Below, one piece after another: positions 27,600-35,871 of a stretch of DNA of 64,000 nt. This DNA is from an uncultured Eubacteriales bacterium (lineage in GTDB: Bacteria > Bacillota > Clostridia > Christensenellales > CAG-138). Location of the stretch: positions 8,083 through 72,082 of the forward strand of contig CADAZC010000004.1 in the NCBI GenBank assembly GCA_902792295.1, given 5' to 3'. Position numbers and translations under genes: made by a program. The first letter of the stretch is position 1. Each line of letters starts with the position of its first letter. The notes under the pieces are model-generated. The model had not been told where the DNA came from. It saw only the letters and a program-made list of their open reading frames with translations, and did not search any database.

Positions 27600-29342
27600 A
27601 TGAACAAAAAACATGTATTTTGGCTGCTGCCGCTTCTGTCGGCGCTCCTGATTCTGTGTCTCGCATGCAACGGATCGGGAACCGACACGCAGGTGGATTA
27701 CAATCCGAGCACCGGCGAAAAGATCGATCCGAACAGCTCCGCACAAACAGAGCAGATTTCGATCGTAACGCCCGAGCCCGATCTGCATCGGGAGGAGCTC
27801 GACGCGATTCTGAAGCGCACCACCATGCTTGAGGGCGTTACCGTCAACGGCGTGAATGTCGGCGGCATGACGAAGGAAGAAGCGAAGGCAGCCGTTCTGC
27901 CGTCGCTGGAAGAAAGCAAAAAGGCGCTGTGCATCAACGTCACGCTCGGCGATGCTTCCGAGGCGTTCTCCGGCGAAACAATCGCAACGACGGACAACCT
28001 CGACGAGCTGATCGAAGAGGCTTTCAATCTCGTGCGTGAAGACAAGGGCTTTGAAGCCGTCTCCGCCGAGGTCGAACAGATCAAGGCGCAGGGAAAGGAT
28101 TTCCCCATTACGCTCGCATTCGACGAGGAAGCCCTGAAAGCCGCGGTGAACGCGTTTGCAGACGCGCATGACACCAAGCCGGTCGACGCATCCTTTGCCT
28201 ATAACAAGAAGGAAAACAAGATCGAATTCACGCAGGACGTTCCCGGACGCACCGTTGACCGTGAAGCGCTCCTTGCCGCGCTGCTCAATGCGCAGGCAGG
28301 CGAAACGCTGACGGCGCCCGCAGAAGAGACGGCTGCGGCGATTACGCTTGCAAATGCGAAGGAACACTATGTTCTGCGCAAGTCCTATACGACCAATTAC
28401 AGCAAGAGCAACAAAAACCGTAAGGAAAATATCCGCCACGGCGCTATGGACCTTCTGACCGGTACGGTCGTTCACCCCGGCGAGGTCTTTTCCATGAACC
28501 AGTGTCTCGGCACCCGCAGAAACGACGGACATTGGAAGATCGCGACCGCGTTCCAGCAGGGCAAGCACGTCAAGGAATACGGCGGCGGCGTCTGTCAGAT
28601 CTCGTCCACGCTCTATAACTGCGCGGTTATGGCGGATATGGAGATCGTTTTCCGTCAGAATCACTCGATGCCGGTCGACTATGTCGACAAGGGACGCGAC
28701 GCCACGATCAATTCCCTCGGCAACATCATTGATTTTAAGTTCAGAAACTCCAGCAAAGCGGATATCCTCATCATTGCGAACGCAAACGGAAGCACCCTGA
28801 CCATCGAAATCTGGGGCATCCCGATCATTGAGGACTCCAACGGCGAGTATGACGAGATCCGCATCCCGACGCCCAAGAAGACAAAGACGCTGAAGCCGTC
28901 CGGCGAGGTACTCTATACGGTCGACGCCTCCAAGCCGGTCGGATACAAAGAAAAGGTTGCGGGCAGACGCGACGGTTCCGTTTGGCAGAGCATGAAGGAA
29001 TACTACCTGAACGGTGTTCTCGTCAAGAGCGAAAAGCTCGCGGTTTCGACCTACAAGGCGTACGCCGGCGAATACATCGTCGGTCCGGATGCAACGGAAG
29101 CGCCCGACACGCCGAAGCCCAGCGATCCGGGTTCCGATACCCCGAAGCCCAGCGATCCGGGTTCCGATACCCCGAAACCGAGTGATCCGGGCTCCGATAC
29201 GCCCAAGCCCACCGAAGAACCGACGACGCCGAAGCCCACGGAGGAACCGCCGAAACCCACGGAGGAGCCGACGACGCCGAAGCCCACCGAGGAACCGCCG
29301 AAGCCGACCGAACCTTCCGGCGGCGACGACGGCGGAGAATAA
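27600..29342 (+). CDS. VanW-family lipoprotein with a G5 domain and a Pro-rich repeat tail
   Basis: 580 aa with a lipobox-like LCLAC. The VanW core has GGGVCQISSTLYN. A G5-like region is followed by PSDPGSDTPK x3 and PTEEP(TT)PK repeats. Confidence 0.85.
   Translation: MNKKHVFWLLPLLSALLILCLACNGSGTDTQVDYNPSTGEKIDPNSSAQTEQISIVTPEPDLHREELDAILKRTTMLEGVTVNGVNVGGMTKEEAKAAVLPSLEESKKALCINVTLGDASEAFSGETIATTDNLDELIEEAFNLVREDKGFEAVSAEVEQIKAQGKDFPITLAFDEEALKAAVNAFADAHDTKPVDASFAYNKKENKIEFTQDVPGRTVDREALLAALLNAQAGETLTAPAEETAAAITLANAKEHYVLRKSYTTNYSKSNKNRKENIRHGAMDLLTGTVVHPGEVFSMNQCLGTRRNDGHWKIATAFQQGKHVKEYGGGVCQISSTLYNCAVMADMEIVFRQNHSMPVDYVDKGRDATINSLGNIIDFKFRNSSKADILIIANANGSTLTIEIWGIPIIEDSNGEYDEIRIPTPKKTKTLKPSGEVLYTVDASKPVGYKEKVAGRRDGSVWQSMKEYYLNGVLVKSEKLAVSTYKAYAGEYIVGPDATEAPDTPKPSDPGSDTPKPSDPGSDTPKPSDPGSDTPKPTEEPTTPKPTEEPPKPTEEPTTPKPTEEPPKPTEPSGGDDGGE
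29111..29200 (+). repeat. 3 x 30-bp in-frame tandem repeat (PKPSDPGSDT units), followed by a looser ~48-bp repeat running to about 29310
   Basis: CCGAAGCCCAGCGATCCGGGTTCCGATACC occurs at 29111-29140 and 29141-29170. A diverged third copy lies at 29171-29200. Confidence 0.9.
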
Positions 29343-29351
29343 TATCAAAAC

Positions 29352-29381
29352 GGGACTGTCTCTTTCGACAGTCCCTTCTTT
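29352..29381 (+). terminator. intrinsic terminator of the VanW-family gene
   Basis: GGGACTGTC (29352-29360) pairs with GACAGTCCC (29367-29375), followed by a T-rich tail. Confidence 0.7.
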
Positions 29382-29408
29382 GCAGTTTTACGGATCAATG
29401 AGGTGCCT

Positions 29409-29939
29409 ATGAACATTCGAATTCTGGATCCCGCTTCCCGCCGCGAAACGGCTTGGAGCGGCGGAAAAACGACAGAGCTGTATCTCTTTCCCGCCGACGG
29501 GTCCTATGCGGAGCGCCGGTTTGCATTTCGCATCAGTTCGGCGACCGTCGATCTGAGCGAGTCGCGCTTCACGAAGCTCGACGGCGTCACACGGTATCTG
29601 ACGCCGCTTTCGGAGGGCTTTTATCTGAAACGCGGCGGAAGCTGGCAGTTCCTTGCAAAAGGCAGCGTGCTCTGTTTTTCGGGAGAAGAGGATATCCTGT
29701 GCCGCGGCAGCGGACGCGATCTCAACCTGATGCTGAAGGGCGCGCGCGGTGAAATGCGCATCCTGCCCGCAGGCGATCACGCGCTGACGCTCCACGCGTT
29801 TCTGTTTCTCTACTGTCCGGAGGAAACGAACGTCAGCGGAACGGTCATCCCGAAGGACGGCTTCGCCGAGATCACAGGCGCGGGATTTTCGATCCTGCGC
29901 GTTTCCGCGCCCGTCGCTCTCTTTTCCGTCGACGTATGA
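29409..29939 (+). CDS. HutD/Ves-family protein
   Basis: The ATG at 29409 lies 6 nt after TGAGG. The 176-aa product reads IRILDP...ETAWSGGKTTELYLFP, typical of the HutD family. Confidence 0.7.
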   Translation: MNIRILDPASRRETAWSGGKTTELYLFPADGSYAERRFAFRISSATVDLSESRFTKLDGVTRYLTPLSEGFYLKRGGSWQFLAKGSVLCFSGEEDILCRGSGRDLNLMLKGARGEMRILPAGDHALTLHAFLFLYCPEETNVSGTVIPKDGFAEITGAGFSILRVSAPVALFSVDV

Positions 29940-29964
29940 AAAAAGCCGCCCGCCGGGCAGCTTT

Positions 29965-30177
29965 TCAGTATTCGGAATCCTCGTCGCTTCGCCCGTCCCC
30001 CTGCGCTTCCCTGAGCAGCGCGAGCATGCGCAGCGAGTCGATGTCCAGCGGCTTTCCGCCCTCCGTACTCACGCACGCGGAGCAGACAAAGAAGCATTCG
30101 GGACAGATGCAGCGGCTTTGCACGCCCTTTTCATCCTGAACCATATACGTTCCGCAACGTTGACAACTGCAGCGCAT
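29965..30177 (-). CDS. small Cys-rich (zinc-ribbon-like) protein with an acidic tail, function unknown
   Basis: 70 aa. A strong RBS GGAGGTGAT lies 3 nt before the ATG. There are 8 Cys in the first 35 residues (CxCxxC-14-CxCxxC-3-CxxC). Confidence 0.65.
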   Translation of the reverse strand: MRCSCQRCGTYMVQDEKGVQSRCICPECFFVCSACVSTEGGKPLDIDSLRMLALLREAQGDGRSDEDSEY

Positions 30178-30254
30178 CCGATCACCTCCGTGCGTATTGT
30201 ACCACCGAAATCCGCACTTTTCAAGCGGCGGAAAACATGATATAATTGATGTGT

Positions 30255-30977
30255 ATGAAACGAATCCTTCCGATCCTTCTCGTTCTGCTGCTGCTCCCCG
30301 TTTTCGGGGTCCGCGCAGACGAAGAAGAAAAACTCATAGTGTCCGGCGACAAGGGCGAAGAGGTCGTGCGCGTGCAGGAACGGCTCTTCGACCTGGGTTA
30401 TTATACCTATAAACCGACGGGCAGCTTCCGCACGGTCACGAAGACCGCGGTGATGTCCTATCAGGCGGCGTCCGGAATGATGAGCGACGGAAGCGTCGGC
30501 AGCGAAACGCTGCGCGCGCTCTTTTCCCGCGAGGCGAAGCGCGTCGAGTTTCATGCGCAGATCCCCCTGTCCTTTACCGCGCAGGGAACGATCACGCAGA
30601 AGGGAACCGCGCTTGACTGGAAGACCGTCCGTGAAATGCTCACGGAGAACGGCTTTTACCGTGTGCGCAACGCAGCGACCGGAGAGGACGTCGTCCTTGC
30701 CTTCATTTCCGGCGAGAACCATGCGGAGATGAAGATCGCGTTTCAGTCGATCACACAGCGCAACAACAACACCCGGAGTCTGGAAAAATGGCTCGGCACC
30801 GACAACAGCTTCTATAAATGCGCGGTGCTGTTCGAGCTGGACGGACAATGGATCGCCGCTTCGATGCAATGGGACGGTTCGGAGCACATCTGCGTATACT
30901 TTAAGGACAGCCGTTCAAACGTGCTCGGTTTTGCCGACGCGGAGCATGCGTCAAATATCAAAAAAGTCAGCTATTGA
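30255..30977 (+). CDS. secreted peptidoglycan-binding (PG_binding_1-like) domain protein
   Basis: It has a signal peptide (MKRILPILLVLLLLPVFGVRA) and the sequence GDKGEEVVRVQERLFDLGYY...DGSVGSETLRAL. The start could instead be 30246 or 30249. There is no SD, and TATAAT lies at 30241-30246. Confidence 0.7.
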   Translation: MKRILPILLVLLLLPVFGVRADEEEKLIVSGDKGEEVVRVQERLFDLGYYTYKPTGSFRTVTKTAVMSYQAASGMMSDGSVGSETLRALFSREAKRVEFHAQIPLSFTAQGTITQKGTALDWKTVREMLTENGFYRVRNAATGEDVVLAFISGENHAEMKIAFQSITQRNNNTRSLEKWLGTDNSFYKCAVLFELDGQWIAASMQWDGSEHICVYFKDSRSNVLGFADAEHASNIKKVSY

Positions 30978-30980
30978 ACG

Positions 30981-31005
30981 GGACCGAATAACCGGTCCTT
31001 TTTTT
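30981..31005. terminator. terminator between convergent genes
   Basis: GGACCG (30981-30986) pairs with CGGTCC (30993-30998), followed by T7. Confidence 0.7.
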
Positions 31006-31807
31006 ATTTGTGTGCAATCAGCAATTCGACGTCGATCGTGATTTCGGAAAGGGAACCGGCGTCGAGCGAATCCGGCGCGATCCCGAACGTCAGCGGCGTC
31101 ATCGACAGAAAGTCCCTCGCCTGTTCTTCGGTCAGCGGAAAGGTGTTCGCGATGCGGACGCGGTCCGTAAGAGAAAACCGTTCCGAAAGGCGGGATATGA
31201 CCGCCTCGTTGGAATAGGTTTCCCTGCGCAGGCGATCGCCCAGAAGCGCGCGGATCTCGCGAAGATACGATTCGCCCGGAACGAGCTTCAGAAGCGTTCC
31301 GTCGGGCTTCAGAACGCGGGCAAACTCCGCGTAGTGCGCCGGTGAAAACAGATTCAGAAGCACGTCGACCGAACCGTCGCGCAGCGGGATCGCCGTCAGA
31401 TCGCCGACCGCCCACAGGACCGGACCGCCGCCGCCTGCGGCAAGCAGGATCGCGTCCTTCGAAAGATCGAGACCGACCGTCGTTTTCCCCTGCAGCGCCT
31501 TTGTAAACGTGCCGTCGCCGCAGCCCGCGTCCAGCACGACCTCGGCATCCTTCGGCATTGCGTGCCGGATCGTTTCGATCACCGTATCGTAAAACCCGGC
31601 GCGCATGATCCGACGCCGCGCTTCGAACAGCGCCTTGTCGTATCGGGACGGCGCGGCGTTCGGCGCAAAATGCACATACCCCTTTCGGGACGGATCGAAG
31701 GTGTGTCCGTTTGCACAGCGAAGCGACGCGCCGTACGTTGAAAACGCCGTCCCGCAGACGGGACAGCGCAAAAGATCGATGGAATTGAAAAACTTTTCGG
31801 CGCTCAC
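31004..31807 (-). CDS. class I SAM-dependent methyltransferase with an N-terminal zinc ribbon (RlmA-like rRNA methyltransferase)
   Basis: 267 aa. It has CPVCG...CANGH and the SAM motif VLDAGCGDG, which resembles 23S rRNA G745/G748 methyltransferases. Confidence 0.75.
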   Translation of the reverse strand: MSAEKFFNSIDLLRCPVCGTAFSTYGASLRCANGHTFDPSRKGYVHFAPNAAPSRYDKALFEARRRIMRAGFYDTVIETIRHAMPKDAEVVLDAGCGDGTFTKALQGKTTVGLDLSKDAILLAAGGGGPVLWAVGDLTAIPLRDGSVDVLLNLFSPAHYAEFARVLKPDGTLLKLVPGESYLREIRALLGDRLRRETYSNEAVISRLSERFSLTDRVRIANTFPLTEEQARDFLSMTPLTFGIAPDSLDAGSLSEITIDVELLIAHK

Positions 31808-32103
31808 TGTTTCCGTTCTTCTGTTTCTTCAAATTCGAACGCGTCCTTCGGAAGCGCGGTTTCCGCTTCCTCCGGCTGTTCCTCCTGCTCCTTCGCCGCT
31901 TCTTCCTTTTCGCGGCGGCGACGGATCGAACGCGCAAACTCGTCGCTGATCAGAAACAGGATCACGACGCCGACGATCGGATACGTCAGCACCGTAACGT
32001 CCCTGTCCGTCAGCTTCAGCACAAGCAGAAGAACGAGCAGCGCCGCGCCGATCGCACCGAACACGATCTCAAGGATCTTCCAGAGTTTCTCGTTGTTTTT
32101 CAT
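31804..32103 (-). CDS. small membrane protein with a Glu-rich tail (unknown function)
   Basis: 99 aa with two predicted TM helices and a 4-nt overlap with the downstream gene. Confidence 0.55.
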   Translation of the reverse strand: MKNNEKLWKILEIVFGAIGAALLVLLLVLKLTDRDVTVLTYPIVGVVILFLISDEFARSIRRRREKEEAAKEQEEQPEEAETALPKDAFEFEETEERKQ

Positions 32104-32122
32104 TCGGTTTTCCTCCGTTGTT

Positions 32123-32995
32123 TCAGACCTTGTTGAGTGTTCCGGAAAGAAATGCCTCGGCGATCCCCTCCATGCCGTCCCGATCGGACGGAATCACGCA
32201 ATCCGTGTGCGTGCGCGTCATCATGTATTTGAGGATCGTCGCACCCTGCAGGATCACGTCCCCGCGCTTCACAAGAAGCGGATGCTTCATGCGCGCGGGT
32301 TCCGGGATCGCGGCAAGCTGCCGGATCAGCCGGTCCAGCTTTGACGGTGTGACGGACGCAAGATTGTCCGGATCGAACCGCGTCTGCGAGGCGAGCAGCG
32401 CGCCGATCGTCGAGATCGTACCGCCGACGCCGTAAACCGGCGCGGGAACGCGTTCCGGCACGCAGGTTTTTTCATCCATCCAGCAAAAGAGCTCGCGTTC
32501 GAGCGTATCCGTATCGCCTGCGTCGCAGCGTTCCTTTGCGCGGACACAGCCGCACGGAAAGCTCTGCGCGCATGTGCGCGTGACGATCTGAAAACTGCCT
32601 CCGCCGATGTCGAACACGGTCCCTTCCCCGCCGGTCACGGCGGAAAAGGCAAGCCGCCCCTCCTCCTCGCCGGAAAGCACGCGAATCACCAGGCCCGTTC
32701 GCTCCCTGACGAGCGCCGTAAACGCATCCCGGTTGCCGGCGTCGCGCACCGCGCTGGTCGCATAGGCGATGACGGGGACGTCGTATTGCTTTGCGGCGCC
32801 GAAGAACGCTTCGATCGCATCGACCGTATCCCGTACGCGATCCGGCGCAAGACAGCCCGTCGCATCGATCCCTTTTGCAAGACGCGTTGTGTTCAGCCGC
32901 TTTGCAATCGAACGTACACGACCGCTCTCCGCCGCGGCAAGCATCAGCCGCACGGAGTTGCTTCCGATGTCGATCACCGCGATATCCGGTTTCAT
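32123..32995 (-). CDS. Ppx/GppA-family phosphatase
   Basis: 290 aa. AVIDIGSNSVRL and DIGGGS are the ASKHA phosphatase motifs. Confidence 0.8.
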   Translation of the reverse strand: MKPDIAVIDIGSNSVRLMLAAAESGRVRSIAKRLNTTRLAKGIDATGCLAPDRVRDTVDAIEAFFGAAKQYDVPVIAYATSAVRDAGNRDAFTALVRERTGLVIRVLSGEEEGRLAFSAVTGGEGTVFDIGGGSFQIVTRTCAQSFPCGCVRAKERCDAGDTDTLERELFCWMDEKTCVPERVPAPVYGVGGTISTIGALLASQTRFDPDNLASVTPSKLDRLIRQLAAIPEPARMKHPLLVKRGDVILQGATILKYMMTRTHTDCVIPSDRDGMEGIAEAFLSGTLNKV

Positions 32996-33312
32996 TCCGT
33001 TATCGTTGCGACACTGTCGTCCTGGATGAGCTTGTCCTCCTGATAGTGCCAGCCGTATTTGATCATGCCCTGCTGAATCTTATAGGTATCCGTGCGCATA
33101 AACTGCAGGTTTTCCCGTTCCTGCGCATAGGTACGCTTGGTCTGGTTCAGAACGTCCACGCGCGCGTTGTACTCGTCCTGCGCGGACCGGATGCGCAGGC
33201 GCTGCGGAATCAGCACCACGAGCAAAACGATCACACAGGCGATCAGCACGAGAACGAAGTGAACCAGCTTAAAGCGAATGGTTCTGACGATTTTTTTCGG
33301 CGATTCTTCCAT
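32992..33312 (-). CDS. septum formation initiator (FtsB/DivIC-like)
   Basis: I trimmed the start to the ATG at 33312. The 106-aa product has one TM helix followed by a coiled coil. It lies downstream of yabP-yabQ, as in Bacillus. Confidence 0.65.
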   Translation of the reverse strand: MEESPKKIVRTIRFKLVHFVLVLIACVIVLLVVLIPQRLRIRSAQDEYNARVDVLNQTKRTYAQERENLQFMRTDTYKIQQGMIKYGWHYQEDKLIQDDSVATITE

Positions 33313-33349
33313 AAAATACAGTATAGCAGAATCCGATCCAAAACGGAAC

Positions 33350-33655
33350 CTATTTTTTTCGGATTTTTTGTGTGATTCTTGCAAACAACGGCGCAAACAG
33401 TATGTAAACCGCCGCAAAGCCGAGCAGAAACGACGCGCTGAGGAATCCGCGGACCGTTCCGTAATTGGCAAGAAACAGATATGCGGCGAAAAGCGCCGCG
33501 CCGGTCAGTACGAACACGGCGTCGCAGAGGTGCGTGACGAACCGCCTGTTTGCGCGGGTCCGCACGACCCTGAGAAGCAGATAGACCAGTCCCGCGACTG
33601 CGCCGCCGTGCATGAGCAGCAGCGCCTCAAACGGCTGTCCGGTGACGTCTCTCAT
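33350..33655 (-). CDS. yabQ: spore cortex biosynthesis protein YabQ
   Basis: A 101-aa polytopic membrane protein with a 4-nt overlap with yabP. Confidence 0.7.
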   Translation of the reverse strand: MRDVTGQPFEALLLMHGGAVAGLVYLLLRVVRTRANRRFVTHLCDAVFVLTGAALFAAYLFLANYGTVRGFLSASFLLGFAAVYILFAPLFARITQKIRKK

Positions 33656-33936
33656 TTTTTGCGGAAGAAGAACGACCGGCGTTCCGGTTCCGGCTGCTCA
33701 TATTCGATCGAGACGATATTGCCCTCCAGAAGCACCTGCCCGTCTTCCGGATTGAGCTTGCCGAGCTTCAATCCTTCGCCCCAGACCGTCAGCGCGCCCG
33801 CCTGCGTGATCACCGTCATCTCATCCTCCTGAAAGCTCTCCACGTCGATCACGCCGGTGATCCGCATGCGTCTGCGGCCCTCGATCGTCACGCTGTGCGC
33901 CGACGGCTGCATCAGTTCCTTTTCCCGTTTTTCCAT
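33652..33936 (-). CDS. yabP: sporulation protein YabP
   Basis: The ATG at 33936 lies 7 nt after GGAGGA. HSVTIEGRRRMRITGV...LGKLN is YabP-like. CATACAAT (rc of 33963-33970) resembles a sigma-E/K -10, but I saw no convincing -35. Confidence 0.8.
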   Translation of the reverse strand: MEKREKELMQPSAHSVTIEGRRRMRITGVIDVESFQEDEMTVITQAGALTVWGEGLKLGKLNPEDGQVLLEGNIVSIEYEQPEPERRSFFFRKK

Positions 33937-34031
33937 GAATACATCCTCCGTGCCTTTGCTGCATTGTATGCGTATTCCCCCGTTCTTACGCGTCGAAAAC
34001 GCGCCGATATCCGCAAATTTTGCCGAAAAGC

Positions 34032-34060
34032 TTGACAAGTTTTTCGATCGCCCATAAAAT
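34032..34060 (+). promoter_or_regulatory. sigma-A type promoter of rho
   Basis: TTGACA (34032-34037), a 17-nt spacer, then TAAAAT (34055-34060). Confidence 0.65.
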
Positions 34061-34129
34061 GGAATCAACAAATCCGTTTTCTCATATTTTTTATCCAATC
34101 AGAAATCATTATCATACCGGAGGCCATTT

Positions 34130-35773
34130 GTGAATCTAACCGAATTGGAAGTATTGACGATCAACGAGCTGTATTCGCTTGCGAAACAGCACGGGATTCC
34201 CTCTTTCCGCAAATACAAAAAAGCCCAGCTGATTGAGCTTTTGCAGGCGCCCGCGCCGGAAAAGAAAAAGCGCGGCAGACCGGCGAAAACCGCCGTGCCC
34301 GAAAAAGAAGCGCCCGCGCCGGAAGAAAAAGCGCCGAAAAAGCGCGGCAGACCGGCGAAAACCGCCGTGCCCGAAAAAGAAGCGCCTGCGCCGCAGCCCG
34401 AAGCGCCTGCGGAACAGCCCGCTGCGCCCGAAAAGCCACAGGAGCGTCCGAACGCCGAACCGTACCGCCGCGGCAATTTCCGTCCGCAGAACAACCGGCA
34501 GAACCAGAACCGCGCGTACCGGAACAACCGCCAGCCGTATCATGCGCCGGAAAGCGAGCAGAAGCCCGAAAAGCCCGCGGAGCCCGTTTCCCTTCCCGAG
34601 ACCGGCACCGCCGCAGGCGTGCTGGAAATCATGGAGGGCTACGGTTTTCTGCGCGTGCAGAATTACGACGCCGGTCCGAACGACGTGTACGTCGCAAATG
34701 CGCAGATCCGCCGCTGCAATCTGAAAAACGGCGATTTCGTGGAAGGGCGCACCCGTGCGCGCCGCGAAGGCGACAAATACGAAGCGCTTTTGTATGTGGA
34801 CCGCGTGAACGGCAGGGATCCGGACGAGAATGCGCAAAGCCGCGTCAACTACGAGGACCTCGTCCCCATCTTCCCGAACGAGCGCTACACGCTGGAAACG
34901 CCCGGCAGAGCAAATAATCTGTCCGTGCGGCTCATCGACCTGATCGCGCCGATCGGCAAGGGACAGCGCGCGATGATCGTGTCGCAGCCGAAAGCGGGCA
35001 AAACGACGCTCTTAAAGCAGATCGCAAACGGCATCACGGAAAATTATCCCGACACGCATCTCATCGTGCTGCTCATTGACGAGCGCCCCGAAGAGGTCAC
35101 CGATATGCGCCGCAGCATCAAGGGCGAGGTCGTTGCGTCCACGTTCGACGAGCTTCCCGAGCATCATACGCGCATTGCGGAAATGGTACAGGAGCGCGCC
35201 ATGCGTCTTGTGGAAAACGGCAAGGACGTCGTGATCCTTCTGGACTCGCTGACGCGTCTCACCCGCGCATACAACCTGGTCATCCCGCCGACCGGACGCA
35301 CGCTGTCCGGCGGTATGGACCCGGGTGCGCTGCACAAGCCGAAGCGCTTTTTCGGCGCGGCAAGAAACATCGAAAACGGCGGGAGTTTGACCGTGATCGC
35401 GACGGCGCTGGTCGAAACCGGCAGCCGCATGGACGACATCGTCTATGAGGAATTCAAGGGCACGGGCAACATGGAGATCCACCTTGACAGGCGGCTCAGC
35501 GAAAAACGCATCTTCCCCGCGATCGACGTGTATAAATCCGGCACGCGGCGCGACGATCTGCTTCTCTCGCAAACGGAGCTCGACGGCGTGCGGATGCTCA
35601 GGCGCGTGCTCGCAAACGGCGCGACCGGCGATGTGACCGAGAATCTTGTCAACATGATGGATAAGACCTCGAACAATGAAGAGTTCCTCATCCGTCTGCG
35701 CGAATGGATCCGTATTTTCGAGAAAGAGGGCTACACTTCTTCACACGGACAGCAGAACCGTTACGGCCAGTAA
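34130..35773 (+). CDS. rho: transcription termination factor Rho with an N-terminal insertion domain of about 130 aa
   Basis: GTG start 6 nt after GGAGG. The Rho_N region (LNELYSLAKQHGI) is followed by the insertion, then the CSD (GVLEIMEGYGFLR), Walker A PKAGKT and the RecA-like core. Confidence 0.93.
   Translation: MNLTELEVLTINELYSLAKQHGIPSFRKYKKAQLIELLQAPAPEKKKRGRPAKTAVPEKEAPAPEEKAPKKRGRPAKTAVPEKEAPAPQPEAPAEQPAAPEKPQERPNAEPYRRGNFRPQNNRQNQNRAYRNNRQPYHAPESEQKPEKPAEPVSLPETGTAAGVLEIMEGYGFLRVQNYDAGPNDVYVANAQIRRCNLKNGDFVEGRTRARREGDKYEALLYVDRVNGRDPDENAQSRVNYEDLVPIFPNERYTLETPGRANNLSVRLIDLIAPIGKGQRAMIVSQPKAGKTTLLKQIANGITENYPDTHLIVLLIDERPEEVTDMRRSIKGEVVASTFDELPEHHTRIAEMVQERAMRLVENGKDVVILLDSLTRLTRAYNLVIPPTGRTLSGGMDPGALHKPKRFFGAARNIENGGSLTVIATALVETGSRMDDIVYEEFKGTGNMEIHLDRRLSEKRIFPAIDVYKSGTRRDDLLLSQTELDGVRMLRRVLANGATGDVTENLVNMMDKTSNNEEFLIRLREWIRIFEKEGYTSSHGQQNRYGQ
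34265..34393 (+). repeat. 57-bp direct repeat (56/57 identical) with 72-bp period inside rho, encoding KKRGRPAKTAVPEKEAPAP twice
   Basis: 34265-34321 and 34337-34393 differ at one base. Confidence 0.9.
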
Positions 35774-35802
35774 AAAAAGTTGCAAAAAACAAAAAATTTT
35801 TC

Positions 35803-35830
35803 TTGCTTTTTTGCGGCGGCATGGTATAAT
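35803..35830 (+). promoter_or_regulatory. sigma-A type promoter of rpmE
   Basis: TTGCTT (35803-35808), a 16-nt spacer, then TGgTATAAT (TATAAT at 35825-35830). Confidence 0.6.
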
Positions 35831-35871
35831 AGCCGTTGGTAATGCATTACACGACGAAGGAGTGATAATAC

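Noticed and set aside
29111-29310. Short tandem repeats that might superficially suggest a CRISPR-like or VNTR array.
   Set aside because: The repeats are contiguous with no spacers. They are in frame and encode a Pro/Asp/Ser/Thr-rich linker of the VanW-family protein. No cas genes are nearby.
27444-29348. A 634-aa minus-strand ORF opposite the VanW-family gene.
   Set aside because: It is a shadow ORF. Its N-terminus is a run of R/G/L repeats mirroring the Pro-rich repeat on the coding strand.
30951-31937. A 328-aa Arg-rich minus-strand ORF overlapping the methyltransferase gene in another frame.
   Set aside because: The 31004-31807 frame gives a zinc ribbon plus the SAM-binding VLDAGCGDG motif. 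The alternative frame has about 25 percent Arg and no motifs.
33937-34031. A sigma-E/sigma-K type sporulation promoter upstream of yabP.
   Set aside because: CATACAAT (rc of 33963-33970) fits the -10 consensus, but I could not find a convincing -35 element at the right spacing. I mention it only in the yabP evidence.
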